Both the position numbers and the translations under genes were made by a program. Source: Candidatus Thorarchaeota archaeon (GTDB lineage Archaea; Asgardarchaeota; Thorarchaeia; Thorarchaeales; Thorarchaeaceae). From it: a stretch of 64,000 nucleotides of DNA. The stretch lies in contig CAVSBO010000017.1 of the NCBI GenBank assembly GCA_963726195.1, positions 29,712 through 93,711 on the forward strand, in the 5' to 3' direction. Positions 30,667 to 38,795 of the stretch are shown piece after piece. The notes below the pieces were generated by a model. The model was given only the letters and a program-made list of their open reading frames with translations, was not told the origin of the DNA and did not search any database. Each line of letters begins with the position of its first letter. The stretch's first letter is position 1.

Positions 30667-32385
30667 CTATGGAGGCTTGAGTGCACCTGCGAGGTCAGTA
30701 TCGAAACCAACAATCCAACGCTGATGGAGCTGGGAGAAGACTGTCACTAGCACGTTAGTGGCAATGCCTGTCGCCTTCGCAATATCCTCGATGGAGTGCT
30801 TGCCATCGACGAGCCGCACTATCTCTTTCAGGTGAGAGAACAGACCGCAGAGATCCTGTTCTGGTTCAGCAAGAAGCAGTGGAACATCCTTTGAGTTTAG
30901 GATAGGCTTCGCCTTGATGGCGCCCATCGCCTTCAGAAGATGCACGGCCCCAAGAACCATTACAGGTCCTCCTTTTCCCACAAGCTGTGACATCGTTTTC
31001 TTACCGTCGAGACTGTCCCAGACCGCGTTCAGGAAGTCTCGAACTGAAGGATCTCGAAACCTATCCCAGTTTGGCTCTTCCACTTTGTATGGAGCCATAC
31101 GCGACCCCAAGTGCTCCGGCGGAAGAGTGGCCAAGAGCTTAATCGTGAATGCAGGTGCCTCATATTGATCGTTTGGATTGACGCCTTGGTCAGGTGCCTC
31201 ATCAAAGTAAAGGTCAGGAAGAAAGGAAAAGCGAGAACGAATGGACTCCACATCTTCCTTGTCTCCTGTTATTAGAGTGAAAATCAGATTCTCTCTCTCT
31301 ATAATGGCATACTTGAGATCACCGGTTTGAAAGACCGAGGTTCGATTTGGGCTAGCTGGGTCAAGATGAAACATCGAAATAGCAGCCACCACGTTTGGTG
31401 CACGTTCAAGCACTTTCGAGCTGGGCTCGTAGTAATAAGTGAACACTGGCGTACCAGTCTCTTTGTCAATCACAAAGAAAGCCTGATGACCCAATGCCTT
31501 CGCTTTTGGTAAGATGCGACTGGGACTCCAGTCAATGCTTTCATCAACAAGCCAGGTACTAAATGCAACATCAGGCTCTACGGTTATCACTCCGCACACT
31601 TGCAGCAGTGAGAGCAGAAGACGAGAGGGCTTGTCCGGCGGGCAACTGCACATCCTTGCATCAAACTGAGTCTGAAACTGCCGCACCAACTCAAGCTGAT
31701 CCTGTGAACCGGGCACCAGGGCAACAGGGACGGAGGAATTCCTCTTGATGCGTTCGAGGAGCCTTCCAAGCGATTCCTTTGATGGAAGCGGCGGGCCAAC
31801 GATTATGGCCATCCCATCTATCTCTTTGAGGTCTGTCGACCAGTTGGCAGCAGGAACTTCCCTTTCGTCAATACGCTTCACTTTCACGACAAATGGACCT
31901 ATTGAAACAGGGCGCAGGAAACGGTCCGGCAAGGCTAACCGCTGAATCAGGTTGGCCACAGTCATGGCCAACTTGTTCCCGGGCTGGGGGTTTTCCGGGC
32001 CGACAAAGCATATTGAAACGTTCTTCCTAAGGCAGGCATCCACGAGCTTGGGAAAGGAGCCTCGAGCCTCTCTCCCGGAGCTCTCGGTGACTCTTCTTCT
32101 AAACGCCGCCTCAAGCATTCTAACCTTGCCTAGGTCATCGGCCGTAACAGTCGGTAAGTCGCTCACTCCAATCAGAATAGCGTTCTCACCTGTCGGACAG
32201 AATGTTACGCCTCGATCGCCGAACGAGAACGAGCTGAATCCGATCACAGACTCTGACTGCACCAACTCATAGTACCTGTCGACCACGGCCTTAATCAGCT
32301 CCTGGTCTGTTTCTGCACGGAGAAACGAACCAGATGCAACAACCCTTGAAGCTTGAAGGTCGTAGAGATAGGCTGCTGCTATCAA
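30667..32385 (-). CDS. paralog of the adjacent GTPase with a degenerate G domain (pseudo-GTPase)
   Basis: It is colinear with 28620-30572. At the P-loop position it reads FVGPENPQPGNKL, and I see no DxxG or NKxD. It shares the C-terminal modules (SLDGKKTM.., LVDGKHSIEDI..). Confidence 0.65.
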   Translation of the reverse strand: MIAAAYLYDLQASRVVASGSFLRAETDQELIKAVVDRYYELVQSESVIGFSSFSFGDRGVTFCPTGENAILIGVSDLPTVTADDLGKVRMLEAAFRRRVTESSGREARGSFPKLVDACLRKNVSICFVGPENPQPGNKLAMTVANLIQRLALPDRFLRPVSIGPFVVKVKRIDEREVPAANWSTDLKEIDGMAIIVGPPLPSKESLGRLLERIKRNSSVPVALVPGSQDQLELVRQFQTQFDARMCSCPPDKPSRLLLSLLQVCGVITVEPDVAFSTWLVDESIDWSPSRILPKAKALGHQAFFVIDKETGTPVFTYYYEPSSKVLERAPNVVAAISMFHLDPASPNRTSVFQTGDLKYAIIERENLIFTLITGDKEDVESIRSRFSFLPDLYFDEAPDQGVNPNDQYEAPAFTIKLLATLPPEHLGSRMAPYKVEEPNWDRFRDPSVRDFLNAVWDSLDGKKTMSQLVGKGGPVMVLGAVHLLKAMGAIKAKPILNSKDVPLLLAEPEQDLCGLFSHLKEIVRLVDGKHSIEDIAKATGIATNVLVTVFSQLHQRWIVGFDTDLAGALKPP

Positions 32386-32525
32386 GTCCTTGTGGTCCTC
32401 CTAGAGTGACAGGAATGTCTGAGTTCGAAGCACTAGTCCTGAACGCCAAACCTACATGAAACTTGCTCATGACACTTTCTCCTCTGTTCAAATGCACAAT
32501 TGGGTTCAGAAAGGCACATGTGCCC

Positions 32526-34556
32526 CTACGTCTCTCGAAGATAGTTCAGCACATCTCGAATCTGCTCTGGTTCAGCATGCCGCTCAGCAAGCACAGCCCG
32601 AGCATCCCCGACCCCTAGTTGGTACAGAGCGAATACCATTGACTCAATACGGCTCGAGTAGTTCAGGCCTTCTTTGAGCACGAGTCTTACCTCACTAATC
32701 AAATCACGAGCTGTTTCCTCGTGAACGCTCGACGAGCCAACAGGATCCGGGATAGGGAGAGATGCAAGTTCCCTGTTCGACACGTGATTGTTTGCGTTGC
32801 TGAGATTGAATCTCCAGTTTATCAAGTCTGAGTTCAGCACCCCGAGAAGGTAGAACAGATAGTCCCGATTCACGCGTCCCTTCAGAGAAATGTAGTTGCA
32901 GGAATTGGCCAAGATGGTCTCAGCCGGAACGAAGGCGAACTTCAGGCGCCATCGTTGTGCCCGGTTCGAGACCTGTTGGCACACGATGCGGGGCTTGTGC
33001 ATGTGAGGAAGACGTTCAGAGGAATTGGACGATTTCATGAATTGATTAAGGTCCACAGACTCTGCCTTGGCCTTCTTCCTTGACCTCATTCTGTATCTCG
33101 TGATTTGAGATCCTCTGACAAGCTCGGACCCGGAGATGTCTAGTCGGATGCTGCCTTTGTTGAGTGTCAAGTCAAGTTCGCCGCGTCGACATACCAGCCA
33201 ACCGATTTTACCCAGCGGCGGGTTAGCATGCATCTTGTGCAGAACTCTCCAGCCTCTTGCATTAGCCCGGGGTATTGCGAGCGAATCTCCCATGGTGTCT
33301 CGGATTGCATCCACTGGTATCTTGAGCGAATCCGTGTTCTCGGTCTCTTCGATGCCTGTCAGTCCAAAACACGCTTCCAAACTTCGGCTTTTCACACCCT
33401 TATCAACGACTGCAATACAGACCGACTGCGTGACCCCCGGGAACAACTTCGCATCCTCAGGGAATTCGTAGATTGCCCGTACACTGTGCTCGGTCATCAG
33501 TGTGCGACGCAGAGGTGCGGCCGACATGTCAGCCAAAAGAGTGGAGGGCACAATGAATCCCACCTGACCTCGCTTCTGAGTCAGCCTCACGGCGCGTTCA
33601 ATAAACAACCTGTAACTGTCGATACTGTTTTGGCCACTGAGGCCGAAATCGCCGCACTCTCTGAAGTAAGCAACATCCTCAGCCATACGAGCCCTATAGT
33701 CGGCGTATTCGGCGGGCGGAATCGTACCATCAGAATAGGCAACGTGCTCTCGAAGAAACTCGCTGACATTGGGTTTCAGCCGGTTGTAGGGTGGGTTCAT
33801 GACTACGAAATCAAAACCGCCTGAGTCACGCACGATCTCGGGAAACTCATCCAACCATTCGAAGGGATGCCTGGACCGAGGGTCTGCAAAGAAATGAGAG
33901 TTGTCTGATTTGCCATCCAATCCCTTCAGCGAAATGAGCGAATTGCCTTGCTTGAGATCAGAACCTAGAGACCTAGTCGACGAAATCAATGCATTCGAAT
34001 GGAGCACCAAGGAAATCGAAGCATCGGCGACCTCGAGGGAAGCACGATCTAGGTCAACGCCGTACAGATTCTGCCTGAAACACTCTGACAAGGATTGCTG
34101 ATTGGGACCAAGCACCGAGAGGCAACTAAGCCCTATATCAGCACAGGCGCGAGCTATTCGCGTCTCTCTCGCCTTGAAAGCGAGCATCGCTGCGACCAAG
34201 AAAGCACCGGACCCACACGCAGGGTCAAGCAATCTTAGTGACATTAGATGGCGGAGGGCTTCGTCCCGCTCCTCAGGGATTCTTCGAATGATCTGGTCTA
34301 GGACGTTGCCCAGAGTCTTCTCGACAATGAAGCTGGAAACTGCTGTCGGCGTATAGAATACTCCGAGAGGCCTTCGTGTTACAATTCCTTTTGGCGAAGC
34401 GACGAGTCCGTGAGAACCTATCAGATGAATATCTGCCAACAGGTCGGGCAGGTCAGTAATCGCCAGATGACTGAAATCGTACGACCAATCCAAGTTCAAG
34501 GTCCGCTCAAGACAAGACTTGGCAATATCAAGTACTTCCGGTTTTGATATTCCCAT
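32526..34556 (-). CDS. N6-adenine DNA methyltransferase, gamma class (Eco57I/TaqI-like), no nuclease domain seen
   Basis: GVFYTP, motif I LLDPACGSGAFL (aa ~109-120), motif IV VMNPPY (aa ~252-257), and a large C-terminal target-recognition-like region. Confidence 0.85.
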   Translation of the reverse strand: MGISKPEVLDIAKSCLERTLNLDWSYDFSHLAITDLPDLLADIHLIGSHGLVASPKGIVTRRPLGVFYTPTAVSSFIVEKTLGNVLDQIIRRIPEERDEALRHLMSLRLLDPACGSGAFLVAAMLAFKARETRIARACADIGLSCLSVLGPNQQSLSECFRQNLYGVDLDRASLEVADASISLVLHSNALISSTRSLGSDLKQGNSLISLKGLDGKSDNSHFFADPRSRHPFEWLDEFPEIVRDSGGFDFVVMNPPYNRLKPNVSEFLREHVAYSDGTIPPAEYADYRARMAEDVAYFRECGDFGLSGQNSIDSYRLFIERAVRLTQKRGQVGFIVPSTLLADMSAAPLRRTLMTEHSVRAIYEFPEDAKLFPGVTQSVCIAVVDKGVKSRSLEACFGLTGIEETENTDSLKIPVDAIRDTMGDSLAIPRANARGWRVLHKMHANPPLGKIGWLVCRRGELDLTLNKGSIRLDISGSELVRGSQITRYRMRSRKKAKAESVDLNQFMKSSNSSERLPHMHKPRIVCQQVSNRAQRWRLKFAFVPAETILANSCNYISLKGRVNRDYLFYLLGVLNSDLINWRFNLSNANNHVSNRELASLPIPDPVGSSSVHEETARDLISEVRLVLKEGLNYSSRIESMVFALYQLGVGDARAVLAERHAEPEQIRDVLNYLRET

Positions 34557-34782
34557 GCTCTCTGCAGCATACGAAAGCTCGGAGAAAGGAATCTCGCTTT
34601 GGTTGATAACCTCTTGAACATGAATCCGCGAGCCGGCAGCTGAGAGCCCATGTCAATGAGGCGACTCTTGCGGCCTCTGCTGCTTTCTTGAGATGCTCAT
34701 GGCCGTGCTGGACTTCGTCTGTGGCTAAAGTGAAAAACCGATTGACAATTGATGCAGCAATTTCCTCTGCAGAAAGCGGCAA
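34528..34782 (-). CDS. possible detached N-terminal extension of the methyltransferase
   Basis: The first ~45 codons (MPLSAEEIAASIVNRFFTLATDEVQHGHEHLKKAAEAARVASL) look protein-like and the remainder is Cys/Arg-rich. The MTase frame is open and protein-like from ~34650 down to its ATG (HGLSAAGSRIHVQEVINQSEIPFSELSYAAES-M). This suggests a frame break near 34650-34660. Confidence 0.3.
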   Translation of the reverse strand: MPLSAEEIAASIVNRFFTLATDEVQHGHEHLKKAAEAARVASLTWALSCRLADSCSRGYQPKRDSFLRAFVCCREHGNIKTGST

Positions 34783-34891
34783 TTGAACTCAATCCTCTTC
34801 AGAATCAGACTCACCAAAAAAACCTGTTGAGAATAGAGTAGTCAACGCTCAAACTGCCTCGGCGCGGTAAACACCAAACCAGAAATGAATG

Positions 34892-34967
34892 TGGAGCCCG
34901 CCAGGGGAGTCGCACCCCTCTAACACAGATCTGCAGTCTGTTGCGTAAGCTGATCCGCCAGACGGGC
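34892..34967 (-). tRNA. tRNA-Cys (GCA)
   Basis: Folded by hand: 7-bp acceptor stem GCCCGTC/GGCGGGC, D stem GCG/CGC, anticodon stem ACAGA/TCTGT with loop CTGCAGA (anticodon GCA), and T stem AGGGG/CCCCT. It has discriminator U73 (a Cys identity element) and an encoded CCA. Confidence 0.9.
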
Positions 34968-34993
34968 ACCTGCACGCAACACGGTTCTAACTG

Positions 34994-35000
34994 ATATTAA
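34994..35000 (-). promoter_or_regulatory. TATA box of tRNA-Cys
   Basis: TTAATAT on the minus strand ends 26 nt upstream of the mature tRNA 5-prime end, which is the typical archaeal spacing. Confidence 0.45.
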
Positions 35001-35136
35001 GCATTGCGGCAAGAGTTGCAATGAAGTCTCGACAACCTCAAGTGACCGACAGCACAATGCGCACAGCGACGAGAAACCGACAAAGCCGTGAGGCTGAAAA
35101 GCCAGAACTGCAATCGCAAAGAGTAGGGAGAGCAAA

Positions 35137-37548
35137 ATGCCTCATGACATTCCTGAGTGGACATGGGTGATGCCATTATCCGGCGGACCCACTCGGCTAG
35201 GGAAACCACGGGGTATCCCCATTAAGACAATCCTCGGGATGCTACCGAAGTTGCGCCGAATACTGGCATGGTCGAGGGAGGCTGGCATGGGTCAGAGGGC
35301 GATCCATCCTTTCAATGATGGAGCCAATCAAGGAGTCCCCGTTGGGGGTTTGGGCTCTGGCAGCATAGGCAGGGGCTACTTGGGGGATTTCGGACGATGG
35401 CATCTCAACATAGGCGAACATGTCTATTGCCCATCAATTCCTGACCAGTTCCACATATGTATTGAGAGTGGCAGCGATAGATTTGTCCAGACGCTAAATC
35501 CAAGGAAGAGGCCCCAAGACAGGCTAGGTCTATGGGCTTGGGCGATGGACCCCAAGAGGGCAACCTACCATGCTCTCTTCCCGAGGGCTTGGACATCCTA
35601 CGACTTCTCGGACCACGGGATCAAAGCCTCCTGCGAGCAGATGTCGCCCGTCATCGCGCACAACTACAAGGAGTCCTCCTACCCTGTGGGACTGTTTGAC
35701 TGGAAGGTCGCCAATGTCGCAGACTCGAAGGTGAGAATGTCACTTATGTTCACGTGGGAGGATAGCATTACACCCATGAGACAGTCCGCTAAAGGGGACT
35801 TCTCTAGAAGCGAGAGAGACGGCAGCAAGCGAATGTTCATTGAACTGGGCCACGAGAGAACGGACGAAGTCTATCCTGTTTCTTTTGGGCTTGGGGTGGA
35901 AGGCGACAAGGAAACAATGCTCTCCAACAAGGAGTCGTTCGACACCGTAGGACATGGCGGTGACGTATGGCACGACTTCGAGAGAGATGGAATACTCAAG
36001 GAGCAGACCTCAAAGGAAACGGAGGGACGCGGAAGACTAGGAGCAGCACTCTGTGCAACACGCGAGTTGGGCCCTGGTGAAGAGGGGGATATTACTTTCT
36101 CTTTGTCATGGGACATACCCATTATGAGGTTTGGTCAGGGGAGAGGGTGGTATCGCCGCTATGCGAGATTCTTTGACACAAGTGGAGACAATGCGATACT
36201 GATTGCTCGTGAAGCGCTTACGCGCCGTCTTGAATGGGAAAAGTCAATCGTCGAATGGCAGAAGCCCACTCTGGAATCGGACAGACCCGGGTGGTTCAAG
36301 TCTGCTCTGTTTAACGAGCTATACTACTTGGTCGATGGATGCACAGCCTGGGAAACAGGTGATGCTGGCATTGGTCTCGTCAAAGAGGGCACGGGTCACT
36401 TTGGATACCTCGAGTGTATTGACTATCCCTTCTACAACACATATGATGTACACTTCTATGCGTCCTTTGCGCTGGCAATGAACTGGCCCGACATTGACAA
36501 CAGCATTCATCGTGATTTTGCGGACGCCGTCCTGCAGGAAGACAGCACGCTCAGAAAGTTGCTGTTCGAAAAGGGGCGGAAACCACGGAAGCCACTCGGC
36601 GTTGTACCCCATGATCTTGGTATGCCAATGGAAGACCCGTGGGTAGCGATAAATGCCTACAATGCTCAGGATGTCGGACGCTGGAAAGACCTGAACACGA
36701 AGCTCATTCTCCAAGTGTATCGCAATTACCTCTTCACTCGTGATGAAGTGTTCCTAAGCTACTGTTGGCCGGGCGTGGTCAAGGCAGTGGAACACATCGA
36801 TCAGTTCGACAAGGACGGTGACGGTCTCCCTGAGAACGAAGGCTTCCCTGATCAGACTTACGACGTCTGGGTCATGAAAGGGCCAAGTGCGTATTGTGGA
36901 GGACTGTATCTTGCTGCAGCAGAGGCAATGGTGGCGATGGCCAGAGCGCTTGGACAGAAGGAGATTGAAGACAAGTACAGCGCAGTCGTTGAGAAGGGAA
37001 AGGCCGCATTCGACAAGACCCTCTGGACAGGTGAGTACTTCAGATATGATGGCAGTGGGGGAAAACACAGCGACAGCATTATGGCTGATCAACTGGCAGG
37101 GCTATGGTACACACATGTCTGCCAGCTGCCAAGGATTGTCGACACAGAAAAGGCCCGCAAGGCCCTTCAGACAATATTCAAGTTCAACGTACTCGGCTAT
37201 GCTGGCGGCAACGCAGGGGCCATGAATGGCATGCGGCCCAATGGCTCCATCGACAAGACGAGCTTACAGTCTGCCGAGGTCTGGACTGGGACAACTTATG
37301 GACTCGCCGCCTTGATGATTCACGAGGGGCTGATTGAGGAAGCACTGAAGACAGCCTACGGAATCTATCAGATCACATACAGAGACCGGGGCTACTGGTT
37401 TAGGACGCCCGAGGCTTGGACAGCAGACGGCAACTACCGGGCCTCTACATACATGCGGCCTCTGGCGATCTGGGCTATCGAACACGCGTTTAGGGATCTC
37501 GAGCGGATACATCCCACTGAGCGCAAGAGAAGCGGCAAGTCTGGCTAG
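35137..37548 (+). CDS. glycoside hydrolase family 116 (GBA2-type non-lysosomal glucosylceramidase-like beta-glucosidase)
   Basis: N-terminal GVPVGGLGSGSIGRGYLGDFGRWHL and overall 800-aa colinearity with GBA2/GH116 (N-terminal beta domain plus a C-terminal (alpha/alpha)6 catalytic domain). Confidence 0.8.
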   Translation: MPHDIPEWTWVMPLSGGPTRLGKPRGIPIKTILGMLPKLRRILAWSREAGMGQRAIHPFNDGANQGVPVGGLGSGSIGRGYLGDFGRWHLNIGEHVYCPSIPDQFHICIESGSDRFVQTLNPRKRPQDRLGLWAWAMDPKRATYHALFPRAWTSYDFSDHGIKASCEQMSPVIAHNYKESSYPVGLFDWKVANVADSKVRMSLMFTWEDSITPMRQSAKGDFSRSERDGSKRMFIELGHERTDEVYPVSFGLGVEGDKETMLSNKESFDTVGHGGDVWHDFERDGILKEQTSKETEGRGRLGAALCATRELGPGEEGDITFSLSWDIPIMRFGQGRGWYRRYARFFDTSGDNAILIAREALTRRLEWEKSIVEWQKPTLESDRPGWFKSALFNELYYLVDGCTAWETGDAGIGLVKEGTGHFGYLECIDYPFYNTYDVHFYASFALAMNWPDIDNSIHRDFADAVLQEDSTLRKLLFEKGRKPRKPLGVVPHDLGMPMEDPWVAINAYNAQDVGRWKDLNTKLILQVYRNYLFTRDEVFLSYCWPGVVKAVEHIDQFDKDGDGLPENEGFPDQTYDVWVMKGPSAYCGGLYLAAAEAMVAMARALGQKEIEDKYSAVVEKGKAAFDKTLWTGEYFRYDGSGGKHSDSIMADQLAGLWYTHVCQLPRIVDTEKARKALQTIFKFNVLGYAGGNAGAMNGMRPNGSIDKTSLQSAEVWTGTTYGLAALMIHEGLIEEALKTAYGIYQITYRDRGYWFRTPEAWTADGNYRASTYMRPLAIWAIEHAFRDLERIHPTERKRSGKSG

Positions 37549-37635
37549 CATAGGTCTCCGGTCGCATTCTATCTCCGAATCCAGACATGGGCAGGCTTAT
37601 CTCCACATAGCTCGAAGGCGAGAGCCCGATGGAAA

Positions 37636-37923
37636 ATGAGAATAAAGGCCGTCCTCAGAGATGCTGAGATCCTCCGTATGACAAATGGGTCAACTGAACG
37701 CGTAGTCGCGTCAGCCGAGAAGAACTACGACCGCGTGGTGAACTTGTCAAGTCTACTGAAGGTCATGGGGCTTCGTACTGAGGATAGGCTGAAGATGCTC
37801 GAAATCCTAGAACGCTCTAGCATGCATGTCTGGCTGGCCCGTGACGGCGATCAGCACCTCATATACCTCAGCAGGAACGGACCACCTAAGGATGAGGAAT
37901 TCGTCGGGTATCAGTGGAAGTAG
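37636..37923 (+). CDS. hypothetical protein
   Basis: 95-aa ORF with no motif. Confidence 0.4.
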   Translation: MRIKAVLRDAEILRMTNGSTERVVASAEKNYDRVVNLSSLLKVMGLRTEDRLKMLEILERSSMHVWLARDGDQHLIYLSRNGPPKDEEFVGYQWK

Positions 37924-37956
37924 GTGCGTCCCGAGTCCAAGGAGTTCGACTCATAC

Positions 37957-38709
37957 CTAAGCCCTCTTCGCGCGCTTGTCCATCTCGGCGTGAACAGATT
38001 CAATCCCGTTCTGCAAAGCAGGCGGTATGGAGGCACGGTGTTTCTTGAAGGCATCTTCTATTCGGCCAAGCTCTGTGGCAACCCGAATAGCTTCTTCGTC
38101 AAGCTCCCAAGCACGCGCCAAGGAAATCAGCTTGTCACGGCCGACGTTCTTTTCCATATTGACGATGACTTCGAACTGCTCTATCAGGTTTGATACGAGC
38201 TTGGCTAGGCCCTTGCGATCAAAGTCCGATTCGTCAGTTTCCTCACTGACGTTGTCTTCCTCCGTCTGCAGAACATGCTGCAGGGGACCATAGGCTTCGT
38301 ACGTTGTTGAGAAACGCTCGGCATGCGTCTTTGCCAGCCTGTGTGCTTCATCGTACTGCTCAGCGTCAAGAAGGAGGCTGCACAGATCATCGAGAACTAT
38401 GTGAGACACTGGTTTTCTGTCCAGAAGGCCCCGATACAGTCTCTCCGCTTCTTCTGTCCGCAGCGAGTTGTCAAGAAGCCTCCCCAAAGCAGAGGTTGCC
38501 TGTTCGTCAGAGGGGTCGCTCTTTAGTACTGACCGAAGTACAGCCTCAGATTCGTTGTCTCTCCCCAGTCTTGAGAGCACTATGCCCAGCATTGTTTTGA
38601 GCCCAAGATGATTCGGATATCGCTCCAAGGCATCCTCTACTAGCTTTAGGGCTTTCTCGTTCTCTTCGCGACTGCACAAAGCGGATACAGCATCAAGGAT
38701 TCCCTGCAC
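37957..38709 (-). CDS. TPR repeat protein
   Basis: Several TPR units (EEAERLYRGLLDRKP, NESEAVLRSVLKSDPSDEQATSALG). The overlapping + strand ORFs are antisense shadows. Confidence 0.7.
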   Translation of the reverse strand: MQGILDAVSALCSREENEKALKLVEDALERYPNHLGLKTMLGIVLSRLGRDNESEAVLRSVLKSDPSDEQATSALGRLLDNSLRTEEAERLYRGLLDRKPVSHIVLDDLCSLLLDAEQYDEAHRLAKTHAERFSTTYEAYGPLQHVLQTEEDNVSEETDESDFDRKGLAKLVSNLIEQFEVIVNMEKNVGRDKLISLARAWELDEEAIRVATELGRIEDAFKKHRASIPPALQNGIESVHAEMDKRAKRA

Positions 38710-38795
38710 TACATCTGGCGTGGTTCTCAGTACCTCCCTAGAAGCGTTGGCTGCTGACCATTCTAGACAGGAGCAAGATTTGCAGACGCGTTTTT

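Noticed and set aside
33136-33824. Plus-strand ORFs of 111 and 198 aa inside the methyltransferase gene. The same applies to 10851-11246 inside the ABC permease, 15139-15987 inside ggt, 46107-47047 inside the oxidoreductase, and others.
   Set aside because: These are antisense shadows of long, motif-supported genes. None has a recognisable motif or start signals.
28620-34967. An integrated genomic island or provirus at tRNA-Cys carrying the MTase and GTPase genes
   Set aside because: I see no integrase or recombinase, no phage-like genes, and by eye no direct repeat of the tRNA 3-prime end further along. This remains only a weak possibility, noted under the MTase finding.
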